Origin: an uncultured Alphaproteobacteria bacterium
GTDB lineage: Bacteria > Pseudomonadota > Alphaproteobacteria > Rhizobiales > Hyphomicrobiaceae
Direction of reading: 5' to 3'
Length of the DNA stretch: 64,000 bases
Assembly: GCA_963724565.1 (NCBI GenBank)
Contig: CAVRVK010000007.1
Location: forward strand, 308,160-372,159
Both the position numbers and the translations under genes were made by a program. Positions 40,141 through 53,661 of this stretch are shown here, piece by piece. Within the stretch, counting starts at the first letter, position 1. The number at the start of each line of letters is the position of its first letter. Under the pieces are notes generated by a model, which worked only from the letters and a program-made list of their open reading frames with translations, did not search any database and was not told where the DNA came from.

Positions 40141-41700
40141 CTACAGCTTGCCCAGGATCGAGATGTCGCTGCCGTCCCGATAGGCGTCGTCCTTCCAGCC
40201 GTTCTCGTCGTAGTCGGCCATGCACTGCTCGGCCAACGCTTCCATGGCCTTGAGATCGCCCGAGCCCTGCGCCTGGAACAGCGGGAACAGGCGCACCAGC
40301 TCGTGGCTGCCGGCGTAGTTCATCTCGTAGAGCTCGTGGCGCGCGCCGAACTCGGTGCCGACCGCGTCCCATAGCAGCTTCATGATCTTGATGCGCTCTT
40401 TGTAGTCGATACCGTTGGAGCCGCGCACGTAGCGGGCGAGATACTTGTCGATGTCGGGGTTCTTGAAGTCGCGCGCGTGGCTCGGCAGATAGATGAGGCC
40501 GGAGGCGATCACCTTCTCGACGATGGAACGCACCGCCGGATACGCCTCGGTCATGAACAGGCGGTAGGCTGTGGAGGCGCGGATGTTGGGCAGCACCGCG
40601 CCGTCGACCCAGGGCTCGGGGTTGCAGGCCATGGCGTCGGAGAGCGACCAGAACAGATTGCGCCAGCCGATCACCTCGCCGATCTGCGCCTGCACGCCGC
40701 GGAACGCCTCCACGCCGGTGGCGCGCGCGGCCTTGTAGAGAAGCCCCGTGATGAAATCGAGCTTCACGGCGAGGCGCGTGGCGCCCTGCATGGTGAAGCC
40801 GTTGACGAAGCCGGAGCGCGGATAGAACTGCTTGAGGCGCTCGACGTCGCGGTGAATGATCACGTTCTCCCAGGGGATGAAGGCGTTGTCGCACACGAAG
40901 ATGGCGTCGTTCTCGTCGAAGCGGGAGGTGAGGGGATAGTCCCACGGCGAGCCGCTGGCGGCGGCCGCCAGCTCATAGGAGGGCCGGCAGATCAGCTTGA
41001 TGCCCGGCGTGTTCATCGGCGCGATGAACATCACCACCATGGCCGGATCGACGATTTCCTGGCCCATGTTCTGGCCGAGGAAGTTGTAGTGGGTGAGCGC
41101 GGAGTTGGTGGCCACCACCTTGGCGCCAGAGACGTAGATGCCGGCGTCGGTCTCCTTCTGGATGGTGATGTAGACGTCCTTCACCTGCTCGACTGGCTTG
41201 TTGCGGTCGATCGGCGGATTGACCAGCGCGTGGTTGAGGTAGAGCACGGCCTCCTGGCCGCGCTTGTGCCAGGCGCGCGCGTTGCCGGCGAATTTCCCGT
41301 AGAACTCGGAGTTGGCACCCAGCGTGTTGAGGAAGGCCGCCTTGTAGTCGGGGCTGCGGCCCATCCAGCCGTAGGTGATACGGGCCCAAGCCGCGATGGC
41401 ATCCCGCTGGGCGATCAGGTCCTCGCGCGAGCGCGCCGCCTTGAAGAACTTGTGCGTGTAGCCGCCGGAGCCCGTATCGGTCGGCGCCGTCAGCACATCC
41501 TTGGTTTTGGGCGCGTGCAGAGCCTCGTAGAGCTTGGCAACCGAGGCTGCCGCGTTGCGGAAAGCAGGGTGAGTCGTGACGTCCTTGACGCGCTCGCCGT
41601 AGACATACACCTCGCGGCCGTCGCGCAATGTTTCGAGATACTCGGCGCCGATGAAGGGGCGCTTCTTGCCGTCGAGAACGTCTTCGGGGTGTTGCGGCAT
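40141..41700 (-). CDS. 4-hydroxyphenylacetate 3-monooxygenase oxygenase-component family protein (HpaB-like two-component flavin monooxygenase)
   Basis: Intact from ATG 41700 (MPQHPEDVLDGKKRPFIGAEYLETLRDGREVYVYGERVKDVTTHPAF...). Full-length HpaB/TftD-type similarity; substrate is not inferable. Confidence 0.85.
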   Translation of the reverse strand: MPQHPEDVLDGKKRPFIGAEYLETLRDGREVYVYGERVKDVTTHPAFRNAAASVAKLYEALHAPKTKDVLTAPTDTGSGGYTHKFFKAARSREDLIAQRDAIAAWARITYGWMGRSPDYKAAFLNTLGANSEFYGKFAGNARAWHKRGQEAVLYLNHALVNPPIDRNKPVEQVKDVYITIQKETDAGIYVSGAKVVATNSALTHYNFLGQNMGQEIVDPAMVVMFIAPMNTPGIKLICRPSYELAAAASGSPWDYPLTSRFDENDAIFVCDNAFIPWENVIIHRDVERLKQFYPRSGFVNGFTMQGATRLAVKLDFITGLLYKAARATGVEAFRGVQAQIGEVIGWRNLFWSLSDAMACNPEPWVDGAVLPNIRASTAYRLFMTEAYPAVRSIVEKVIASGLIYLPSHARDFKNPDIDKYLARYVRGSNGIDYKERIKIMKLLWDAVGTEFGARHELYEMNYAGSHELVRLFPLFQAQGSGDLKAMEALAEQCMADYDENGWKDDAYRDGSDISILGKL

Positions 41701-42008
41701 GACCTGATCGCTTCCGATGGGGCGGTTGCGGCACGCGTTGCGCCTACGTGGGCCGATTGTGTTGTGCGTGCAGCGTTTTCGCAAGCTTCGCGCAAGCTCG
41801 GACGCAGCCCAAAACTCCTCGTTTTCGTCAAAATGCGGTCGCTGACTGGCCCCTCTGACGCCGCAATGAATTGGCATGTTGCGATCGTTGCCTCTCGGCC
41901 CGGTTCGCGGTGAGGCTTCGGAACACTCAGCCCCCCAGCCCCCCGGGGTCACGTCGCAGAACCGGGCCACCTGGCAAAAAACCGAAGGGGCACAACCTGA
42001 CACCTGTT

Positions 42009-42041
42009 ACGGCCGGCGCAAAGCCGGCCGTTATTTTGTTT
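42009..42041 (+). terminator. orphan plus-strand rho-independent terminator
   Basis: ACGGCCGGC-GCAAA-GCCGGCCGT followed by TATTTTGTTT. No annotated plus-strand gene ends here. Confidence 0.45.
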
Positions 42042-42101
42042 GGCGATCGATATTGTTTGAGGACTGATCGAAGCCTTCGGCCCGGGGGAGCCGAAAGCCA
42101 G

Positions 42102-42854
42102 CTACAGCTGCCGCATCAGCGCTGCGCCGATGATGGGCCCGGCCTGCCCCTGCTGCACGAGCACCGCGCACCGCTCGGCATCCTTCTGCATGAAGGTGTG
42201 CCGCTCCAGCTGAACGCTCGTGGCCTTGCCGCTCCACAAACCGATCGGGATCAGCTCGCGCACCACGTTGGAATACGTGATGGTCTTGCCCCTGTTCTCG
42301 CCGCGCGTGATCGGCACTTCCACAGCACTCGACATCACCGCCAGCCAAATGGTGGCTTCCTTCACAGAAGCACCAGGCGGGGCAGCACCGACATCGACGA
42401 CCAGCTTGTCGGCCGACATGGACATGCGTACGGGCACGTGCGCGACCGACTTGGCCATCTTTTCGAGCGCACGCTCCACCTTGGCCTCGTCGCTGCCGTT
42501 CACGTGGGCGAGGCCGTTGATCACCATTTGCGGGGTATAGACCATGCCGTCGCCGAGCACCTTGGCGTAGGCCTTCTGCCGCTCGGAGAATTTCGCCTGC
42601 GCCAGCGTGTCCTTCCAGCCGAGGTAGTCCCAGTAGTCCACGGAGAGCGAGATGGCGATCACGTCATCGCGCTTGGCCAGACGCGCGAGCAGCGCATCGG
42701 CTGCGGGACAGGAGGAGCAACCCTGGCTGGTGAACAGCTCCACCACGCCCGTGACGGCGGCGGAAACGGAGCTGGGCTGAGCCGCACTTTGGGCGTTTGC
42801 AGGCCCAAAGGCCGCAAGCCCGATCCCGAGCACAATAAGTGCCAACGTGCGCAT
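42102..42854 (-). CDS. DUF1223 domain-containing secreted protein (thioredoxin-like)
   Basis: ATG 42854 (MRTLALIVLGIGLAAFGPANA signal). FTSQGCSSCPAAD, DYWDYLGWKD, YTPQMVING. Confidence 0.8.
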   Translation of the reverse strand: MRTLALIVLGIGLAAFGPANAQSAAQPSSVSAAVTGVVELFTSQGCSSCPAADALLARLAKRDDVIAISLSVDYWDYLGWKDTLAQAKFSERQKAYAKVLGDGMVYTPQMVINGLAHVNGSDEAKVERALEKMAKSVAHVPVRMSMSADKLVVDVGAAPPGASVKEATIWLAVMSSAVEVPITRGENRGKTITYSNVVRELIPIGLWSGKATSVQLERHTFMQKDAERCAVLVQQGQAGPIIGAALMRQL

Positions 42855-43005
42855 CAGCTTGGCAATTCCTTCCATCGTGGCGGCAGCGGACGCACCGAAT
42901 ATCGGGATTCCACCGATCAAGTGCGAGTCACGAATGGGTGAGACACCGTGTCCTGACTTTTCGCACGACTGCAAGTCGGCCCGAGTGGCTAACGCGCAGA
43001 AGAGG

Positions 43006-45706
<2,701 letters not shown>

Positions 45707-45814
45707 GGGCGGCAATCTCCTTGATAACCCTCGCAACGTAGGCCCGCTGGCCTCGGGGCGAATCCAGGCCGTATATAATGCTTCTAGTATGTGCTTCGGG
45801 GGTGCGAAAGGCCC

Positions 45815-46424
<610 letters not shown>

Positions 46425-46429
46425 CCGAC

Positions 46430-47103
46430 ATGACAGCATTCTGGCAGCTGGTGCGCCGCGATCTGCTGATCGCCTGGAAGGAAGGCGGCACGCTCGGCGT
46501 CACGCTCGGGATTCTACCTCGTGGTGGTGACCATGCTGCCGCTGGGCCTCGGGCCCGATCTCAACCTGCTCTCGCGCATCGCGCCCGGCGTGCTGTGGGT
46601 GGCGCTGCTGCTGGCCGCGCTGCTGTCGCTCGGCCGCGCTGTTCGAGACCGACTACGAGGACGGCTCGCTCGAGGTGCTGGCACCGGGCCCTTGCCGCTG
46701 GAGGCGGTGGCCGCAGCCAAGAGCCTGGCGCACTGGCTGACCACCGGCGTGCCGCTGACCGTGCTGGCGCCGGTGCTGGGGCTGCTGCTGAACCTGCCGC
46801 TGGAGGGCTACGGCGTGCTGGTGGCAACCATGCTGGCCGGCACCCCGGCGGTGAGCTTCATCGGCGCGCATCGGCGCGGCGGTGACCTTGCGCGCGCGGC
46901 GCGGCGGGATGCTGCTGGCGCTGCTGATGCTGCCGCTGTTCGTGCCGACGCTGATTTTCGGCATCGAGGCGGTGGAAGCGCCGCTGCTGGCTGACAGCGA
47001 GGCTTCGCTGCCTCATTCCTGATTCTGTTGGCCGATTTCGCTGGCCTCGATCGTGCTGGCGCCCCTGGCAGCTGCAGCTGCGCTGCGGTTCCAGCTGCAG
47101 TAG
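46430..47103 (+). pseudogene. ccmB: heme exporter permease CcmB, about 5 frame switches
   Basis: MTAFWQLVRRDLLIAWKEGG..., LFETDYEDGSLEVL (out of register), PLPLEAVAAAKSLAHWLTTGVPL, ...LAPLAAAAALRFQLQ* (stop 47101-47103). Confidence 0.8.
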
Positions 47104-47148
47104 AGGGGAGCGTTTGCAGCAATGCGTGCGAAGGCCTAGATCAGTGCC

Positions 47149-47911
47149 ATGCAGACGACCCTGACCCAGCGGCTCGCCAACCCCACACGCTTCATGGCGC
47201 TGTCGGGCCGGCTGCTGCCGTGGATCGCGGCGCCGGCCGGCGTGCTGATCGCGTTGGGCTCTACATGGCGTTCTTCACGGCGCCGCCCGACTACCAGCAG
47301 GGCCACACCGCCAAGATCATGTACGTGCACGTGCCGGCGGCTTGGCTCGCCATGCTGGGCTACACACTGGTCGCCGCCTCGAGCTTCGGCCTGCTGGTGT
47401 TCCGCCACCCGCTGGCCGACGTCTCCGCCAAGGCCGCCGCGCTGATCGGCGCGGTGTTCACGTTTCTGTGCCTGGTCACGGGCTCGCTGTGGGGCAAGCC
47501 CATGTGGGGCGCTTTCTGGGCCTGGGACCCGCGGCTCACCTCCGTGCTCATTCTCTTCTTCCTCTATCTTGGGCTCATCGCGCTGCGCTCTTCCATCGAG
47601 GACGAGACGCTGGCGGCCAATCTGACCGCTGTCGTCAGCCTGGTCGGCATCGTCATCCTGCCGGTGATCAGGTTCTCGGTGGACTGGAACAGCATCCACC
47701 AGCAGCCGAGCGTGTCGCGGCTCGGCATGCCGACCATCCACCCCTCCCTGCTGTGGCCGCTGCTGGTGATGACAGCCGGGCATGGTGGCGCTGTTCGCCG
47801 CCCTGCACCTGAAGGCCATGCGCAACGAGATCCTGCGCCGCCGCGTGACGCGCGCTGCAGCTCTCCGAGGTGCAGTCGGCGGCGGCGGGCCTGGCACAGC
47901 CCGCGGAGTGA
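47149..47911 (+). pseudogene. ccmC: heme exporter protein CcmC, about 3 frame switches
   Basis: MQTTLTQRLANPTRFMAL..., IMYVHVPAAWL, the WGxxWxWD motif (LWGKPMWGAFWAWDPRL), FSVDWWN-like RFSVDWNSIHQ. Switches at ~47255, ~47775, ~47855. Confidence 0.85.
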
Positions 47912-47917
47912 CGCGCC

Positions 47918-48094
47918 ATGGACCTTGGACCGCACGCCGCTTTCATCTGGGCCTGCTACGCGGTGGTGGCGGTGGTGCTCGCTGTCCTCATGGCGTGGCT
48001 GGTGGTCGACGGCCGACGGCAGCAGCGACTGATCGACGCGCTGGAGGCGCGCGGCGTGCGCCGCCGCTCGAGCCGCGGCCAGGACGCGGGCTGA
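47918..48094 (+). CDS. ccmD: heme exporter protein CcmD
   Basis: 58-aa ORF (below the ORF-track cutoff): MDLGPHAAFIWACYAVVAVVLAVLMAWLVVDGRRQQRL.... Single TM. Position between ccmC and ccmG. Confidence 0.6.
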   Translation: MDLGPHAAFIWACYAVVAVVLAVLMAWLVVDGRRQQRLIDALEARGVRRRSSRGQDAG

Positions 48095-48100
48095 TCCTGC

Positions 48101-48702
48101 ATGACGGAGACGACCCCAACAACGGTCGAAGCACCCCCACAGCGCTCGCGCGTGCTGATCTGGCCGCTCGCCATCTTCGCGATTCTGGCGCTGCTGTTCG
48201 CCTTCGCGCTGACGCAGCGGCGATCCTTCCAGGCTGCCGTCGGCCCTAATCGGCCGGCCGGCGCCGGCCGTCGTGCTGCCGCCGCTCGAGGGCCTCAACG
48301 ACGGGATGCGGCCGATCGACGGCTTCGACACTGCCGATCTGGCCAAGGGCGAAGTGTCGGTCGTGAACTTCTGGGCATCCTGGTGCGTGCCGTGCGCGCA
48401 GGAGCATCCGCTGCTGGTGGCGCTGAGAGAACAGACACGGCGTCAAGCTCTACGGCGTCAACTACAAGGACCAGGCTGCGACTGCGCGGCGCTTCCTCGG
48501 CCGCTACGGCAATCCCTTCACCGCGGTGGGCGTCGACACCAACGGCCGCGCGGCCATCGAGTGGGGCGTCACCGGCATGCCCGAGACGTTCATCGTCAAC
48601 GGCAAGGGCGAGATCGTCTACAAGCACATCGGCCCGATCTCGCCGGAGACGCTGGAGAGCAAGATCATCCCCATGGTGCGCGCCGCGCAACAGTCGAGCT
48701 GA
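48101..48702 (+). pseudogene. ccmG: thiol:disulfide interchange protein CcmG/DsbE, two frame switches
   Basis: N-terminal anchor, then VNFWASWCVPCAQEHP (CxxC), YGVNYKD, GVTGMPETFIVNGKGEIVYKH. Pieces in ORFs 48101.., 48273.. and a third register. Confidence 0.8.
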
Positions 48703-48838
48703 CGCTGCCGCATCAATTCTCACAGGAGCGGCACCCTCCCTATATACCTGCCAGCTGCAGCACGGCGCTCAGCTCCAAGCATTGAGGATAGTCCCGCTGG
48801 CAGCGCGAGAAACCGCCCGGCAATACGAGGAGGATGCC

Positions 48839-49526
48839 ATGACCAATGTGAAACCAAGCGTAGTTCTCGTCCACGGCGGCTTTGTCGACGGCGCCGGTTG
48901 GGAGGATGTGTACGGCATCCTGAAGAAGGATGGCTACGACGTCAGCATCGTGCAGAACCCGACCCTGAGCCTCGCAGGCGACGTGGCCGCGACGCGGCAG
49001 GTCATCGCGCAGGCCAACGGGCCCGTGGTGCTGGTGGGCCATTCCTACGGCGGCGTCGTGATCACCGAGGCCGGCAATGATCCCAAGGTCTCGAAGCTCG
49101 TCTACATCGCGGCATTCGCGCCGGACAAGGGCGAGTCCGTCGCCTCCCTGATCAAGGACCCGGCGCCCAGGCGCTCCCGTGCCGCCGATCCTGCCGCCGC
49201 AGGACGGCTTCCTGTTCCTCGACAAGGCCAAGTTCGCCGCGTCGTTCGCCGCCGACGTCGAGCCCGGGAAAGCCGCGTTCATGGCCGACTCCCAGGTTCC
49301 CTGGGGCGTGGCTGCGCTCGAGGGCGCGGTAAGCGAGCCCGCGTGGAGGACGAAGCCGAGCTGGTACCTGGTCGCGACCGACGACCGGATGATCCCGCCC
49401 GCCGCTCAGCGCTTCATGTCGAAGCGCGCCGGCGCCAAGGTGGTCGAGAGCGCCGGCAGCCACGCCATCTACGTGTCGCGTCCGGAAGAGGTGGTCGCAA
49501 TCATCAAGAAGGCCGCGCAGGCGTGA
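48839..49526 (+). pseudogene. alpha/beta hydrolase, one frame switch
   Basis: MTNVKPSVVLVHGGF, nucleophile elbow VGHSYGG, C-terminal GSHAIYVSRPEEV. Switch at ~49165 between the ORF 48101.. register and ORF 49179..49526. Confidence 0.75.
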
Positions 49527-49611
49527 ACCCAACGACAGCCGCCGGCCTTTGTTGTGGGCCGGCGACTGTCCTGCGGCAGACCCGGAAGGTCCATGCCTAG
49601 TCAGCGAGGGG

Positions 49612-50403
49612 TTACTTCAGGACGGTCTGAAGAAATCCTTGCATCTCCGCCCAGGACTTCTTGTCGGCGTCCGCGTCGTAGGCGAGCGGCAGGTTGAATT
49701 TCTTGCCGTTCTCGGTTGCTGCGGGATTCGTGAAGGCGTGCACGGCGCCCGGGTAGTCGATGAACGTGAACGCGACCCCGGCGTCCTGCATCTCCTTCTT
49801 GAACGCAGCGATCTGCTCGGCCTTTATGAATGGATCGGCGGCACCATTCAGCACCAGCACCTTGCCTTTCACTGCCCCGGCCTTCGCCGGCGTTTGGGTT
49901 CCCAGGAAGCCGTGGAAGCTCACGGCGCCGGCGAGGTCGGCGCCGCGGCGGGCCATCTGGAGCACCACTCCGCCGCCGAAGCAGTAGCCGATGGCGGCGA
50001 TCCGCCCGGCATCCACGTCTGGCTGCTGGGCGAGCAACGCGCGCGCTGCCGCGAAGCGCTTCTCAGTGACGTCCAAATTCTTGCTGGCCTCGCCGGACAA
50101 CGCGCCCGCTTCCTTCGGGTTGTCGACCGTCTTGCCATCACCGTACAGATCGACTGCTAGCGCCACGTAGCCCAATCCCGCGACCTGATCCGCGCGCTTG
50201 CGCGAATAGTCGTTGTTGCCCCACCACTCGTGCACCACGAGCACGGCCGGGCGCTTGCCGCCGGCGCCGGTCGGACGCGAGATGTAGCCCTTCAGGGTCG
50301 TGCCGTCGGCGGAGTAGGTTATCTCCTCGCCCGCAACGGCGACGGACGTCGAGATCAGGGCAGCGATACCCGCGGCAAACAGGCAATAGGCGGTGCGTCT
50401 CAT
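49612..50403 (-). CDS. dienelactone hydrolase family protein (secreted)
   Basis: Intact 263 aa. Signal peptide, VVHEWWG, Cys nucleophile GYCFGG, C-terminal YPGAVHAF. Confidence 0.85.
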   Translation of the reverse strand: MRRTAYCLFAAGIAALISTSVAVAGEEITYSADGTTLKGYISRPTGAGGKRPAVLVVHEWWGNNDYSRKRADQVAGLGYVALAVDLYGDGKTVDNPKEAGALSGEASKNLDVTEKRFAAARALLAQQPDVDAGRIAAIGYCFGGGVVLQMARRGADLAGAVSFHGFLGTQTPAKAGAVKGKVLVLNGAADPFIKAEQIAAFKKEMQDAGVAFTFIDYPGAVHAFTNPAATENGKKFNLPLAYDADADKKSWAEMQGFLQTVLK

Positions 50404-50749
50404 GGTGGTCTCCTCTCGTGGCCGTTAGCTCTCGGCGGCCCGTGGCCCGGGCTCGTTCGAGGAGAAACATACGGCAAGACCTCTCGTGTGCCTATCCACC
50501 GTGCCCATGACCGCGTGCGCTGCACCCTTGGCGACAGCAAAGCACGCGCGCGTCACTAACCAGGGATACGGCATTGGCTGAGCACAGACATTCCGTTGTG
50601 GTCCAAGCGACGGACATGGGCGGCGATCCGTTCACCGTTGAGACTCCAGGTGCCCTGTGCCGTGGGCGCCACAGCACGGTGCGGACGCGACCCACTACGA
50701 CATTGCGCTCCGTTGACTTTCCTGGAGTGGCAAGTGCAGCTTGGCCGCC

Positions 50750-51136
50750 ATGGGTTCGGTGAGGCGACATCGCCGCCTGTTCGGCGTACTGGCGATCTTG
50801 GCCCTCGTTGCCAACGTGGTGGCGGGCGCGCTGTGCCATATGCCTGCCCGGACCGCGACAATCGTCGACGATATCCTGGGCCCGCTGTCCATCTGCACCT
50901 CGCACGGCGACGGCACGCTGCAGCACGACGGCAGCACGCCTGATCGCAAGTCCGAAGGCAGCTGCACGATCTGCACCCTGCTGAAGGCGTTCGCGGTCGC
51001 CGTCGCGCTGGCGTTCGGGACAATCGTCTTTCCCATCTTCGGCGCACCCGCCCCGCAGAGCCCGGGCGTCCGCACGCTGGCGCAGCACCTGAGCCTCGGC
51101 GCCATCCGCAGCAGGGCTCCGCCGCTTCCCGCCTGA
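50750..51136 (+). CDS. DUF2946 family protein
   Basis: ORF 50741.. (ATG 50750). TM helix, then ICTSHGDGTLQHDG...GSCTICTLL Cys/His pattern as recalled for DUF2946. Sits at the head of a copper-type cluster. Confidence 0.55.
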   Translation: MGSVRRHRRLFGVLAILALVANVVAGALCHMPARTATIVDDILGPLSICTSHGDGTLQHDGSTPDRKSEGSCTICTLLKAFAVAVALAFGTIVFPIFGAPAPQSPGVRTLAQHLSLGAIRSRAPPLPA

Positions 51137-51209
51137 CAGCCCCGCATCTCTCAGTAGCTCGCGAACGCCCTTCGCGAGTGCGTTTTGGCTTATCGGCGGA
51201 AATCCACAT

Positions 51210-52301
51210 ATGTCGCGTAAAAAAGCCCTCAGCGCGGGCGCAATGGCGCTGCTTCTCTCCTCTCCCGTTCTTGCCCATCACCCCTCGGGCGTCACCTCGA
51301 CAGGGGGCGCAGGACCCATCGCCACCATCTCGGCCACGACCCTCGAGCAGGGCCAGGGCGCCGCGGCGCTGTTCTTCGAGATGGTCAAGATCGACGCCTT
51401 CAGCGACGCGCAGCTGAAGACGTTTGCCGGCCAGCACATCCACGCGCACAGCCTCGACGCCATCCTGGCGCCGACGCTGGTCTACGCCTACGGCGTCACC
51501 AACGACCTCACCATCATCGGCCGCGCTGCCCGTCGTCATCCGCGAGGACATCCGCGAGGGCCATCACTCGCATGGCCCCGGCGGCAACAGCGTCGACGAG
51601 CGCGGCGACTCCGCCGGCATCGGCGATGTCACGCTGCTCGGCCAGTACCGCTTCTATCAACAACAGGGCGACCCAGACCGAGGCGGCGCTGCTGCTGGGC
51701 GTCAAGGCGCCGACCGGCCGCACCAAGCGTCACGACAGCGCTCGGCGAGCGCTTCGAGGCCGAGTTCCAGCCGGGCAGCGGCTCCTGGGACGGCCTGTTC
51801 GGGCTGGCCTCACGCAGCGCTTCGGGGCCTGGTCGTTCGACGCCAACGTGCTCTACCAGCTCGTCAACAAGGGCGCGCAGGACACCGATCTGGGCGACCG
51901 CTTCCTCTACAACGCGGCCGTCTCCTACCGGCTGACCGGCGAGCACCGCGGGCACCGTCGGGCCGCATGAACCCGGCGCGCTGCCGGAGCCGATGTATCA
52001 CGGCGGTCCCAAAGGCAGCCACCAGCACATCACGAGGAGCCGCCGGCGCCGCCGCCGCGGGCCCTGCGCTCGACCTGGTGCTCGAGCTCAACGGCGAGTG
52101 GCACGGCCACCAGGTCGATCGCCGGCGTGAAGGACGCGAACTCGGGCGGCAACGTCATCTATCTCTCGCCCGGGCGTGCGCATGTCGATGGACAAGTGGT
52201 CGGGCTTTGCCTCGGTCGGCTTTCCCGTCGTCAACCACGTCTATGGCATCCAGGCCGAGCCCGACTGGCGCCTTCTGACCGGCGTCGCCGTCAGCTTCTG
52301 A
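51210..52301 (+). pseudogene. outer-membrane beta-barrel 'transporter' family protein (MetA/phenol-degradation-like), about 7 frame switches
   Basis: Signal MSRKKALSAGAMALLLSSPVLA|HHPSG. Fragments TLVYAYGVTNDLT, GIGDVTLLGQYRF, EAALLLGVKAPTG, FQPGSGSWDGLFGLA, DRFLYNAAVSYRL, GGNVIYLSPG, terminal ...LLTGVAVSF*. Family call is tentative. Confidence 0.5.
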
Positions 52302-52393
52302 TCCCAACCTCGCGCGCGGCCAACAAGCCTTGCTTCGCGGCCGCGTCCTTCCATCAAGGTGCAAACACGTAGCCGGCATCAAGGAGGCGAAAT

Positions 52394-52759
52394 GTGAAGA
52401 AGAGTTTGAGCGCGTTGGGTGTAGCACTGGTCTTCGGCGCGTGGGTCGGCATTGCTCAGGCGCACACGCACCTGAAGAAGACCGTGCCGGCAGCCGGCTC
52501 CACGGTTGCGGTCGCATTGTCCGAAATAAGACTACAATTCGACGAGCCCATCGAAGCGCGACTTTCCAAAGTCAAAATCGAATCGAAAGCGGGGGTTGTG
52601 ACCACGGAACCGGTTGCGGGCGATCCGGCAGACAAGAACACTTTGATTGTGAAGCTGCCGCAGCCACTGGCGGCGGGAAGCTACAAGGTCAACTGGCAGG
52701 CGATCTCGGTGGACACGCACAAGGTCAAGGGCAGCTTCACCTTCCACGTGCGCCCTTAG
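52394..52759 (+). CDS. copC: copper resistance/homeostasis protein CopC
   Basis: GTG 52394, 6 nt after AAGGAGG. Signal ...GIAQA|HTHLKKTVPAAGS (mature N-terminal His). GSYKVNWQAISVDTHKVKGSFTF. Confidence 0.85.
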   Translation: MKKSLSALGVALVFGAWVGIAQAHTHLKKTVPAAGSTVAVALSEIRLQFDEPIEARLSKVKIESKAGVVTTEPVAGDPADKNTLIVKLPQPLAAGSYKVNWQAISVDTHKVKGSFTFHVRP

Positions 52760-52764
52760 CTCAA

Positions 52765-53661
52765 ATGGAGCTCGATTGGGCCACGGCCGTCGCGCGGTTT
52801 GTGCACGAGGCGGCATTGCTCCTTCTGTTCGGCAGCACCCTTTTCCTGTTCTATGGCGTGCAGGCGAAGGGACCGAGCGGCTTCGAGCGGGGAAGTATTG
52901 CGTTCCTGGCGTGGCTTTCACTCCTTTCTGCTCTTTGCTGGCTCGTTGCTTACGTCGCCGATGTAAGCGACGACCCTCGGTCGCTGCTGTCGGTGTCGAT
53001 CTGGCGCGACTTGCTTCTCGAGACGGAACTCGGAAAGGTCTGGTCCCTGAGGATCTGCGGGCTGGTCGCCCTCGCGGTCCTGGCAACTTCGCGACCCGCT
53101 ACGTTCTCTGCGCGACGGTCTACCTTGATTGCTGCGCTATCCGGCGCGCTGCTTGTCGGTCTTGCCTGGTTGGGACATTCCGCCTCGGCCGAAGGACCGC
53201 AGCGCACCGTCAGCATTGTCAGCTACGCCTGTCATGTGCTGGCCGCAGCGGCTTGGCTGGGGGGACTGACACCGTTGCTGCAATGCCTGGGTCGATCCAC
53301 ACATGACGTCGAGCGCGCACATGCGCAATTCGTCCTCGAGCGCTTTTCGCGCATGGGCATCGCCGCGGTCGCGACTATCGCCGCTTCCGGCATGGTCAAC
53401 GCTTATCTGCGATCGGTGACCCTCGACAGCTTGCTCGCCACAACCTACGGCAGAGTGCTTGCGCTGAAGATCTCGGCATTTGTCGTGCTCGTCGGCGTTG
53501 CCGCGTGCAACCGCTGGGTCTACCTGCGTCAATTGCAACGGGGTTACCCGGCTCCAGGCCCCATCGCCGCGCTCTCCCGCTCAGTGGTGCTGGAGCTGAT
53601 ATTGGGGGCGGTCGTAGTTGCGCTCGCCGTCATCCTCGCGCTCAGCTCGCCGACAGGATGA
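52765..53661 (+). CDS. copD: copper resistance protein CopD (inner-membrane)
   Basis: ATG 52765, intact. Eight predicted TM helices, with GHSAS and HVLAAAAWLGGL blocks typical of CopD. Confidence 0.8.
   Translation: MELDWATAVARFVHEAALLLLFGSTLFLFYGVQAKGPSGFERGSIAFLAWLSLLSALCWLVAYVADVSDDPRSLLSVSIWRDLLLETELGKVWSLRICGLVALAVLATSRPATFSARRSTLIAALSGALLVGLAWLGHSASAEGPQRTVSIVSYACHVLAAAAWLGGLTPLLQCLGRSTHDVERAHAQFVLERFSRMGIAAVATIAASGMVNAYLRSVTLDSLLATTYGRVLALKISAFVVLVGVAACNRWVYLRQLQRGYPAPGPIAALSRSVVLELILGAVVVALAVILALSSPTG

Noticed and set aside
41876-42067. 63-aa plus-strand ORF ending at the orphan terminator.
   Set aside because: It has no Shine-Dalgarno and implausible composition, and it translates through the terminator hairpin itself.
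50713-50733. A MerR/CueR-like imperfect palindrome TTGaCttTCCtGGAgtGgCAA upstream of the DUF2946 gene.
   Set aside because: Only 7 of 10 positions per half-site are symmetric. No acceptable -10 lies at the 19-bp spacing typical of MerR promoters. It sits only ~17 nt from the likely start codon.
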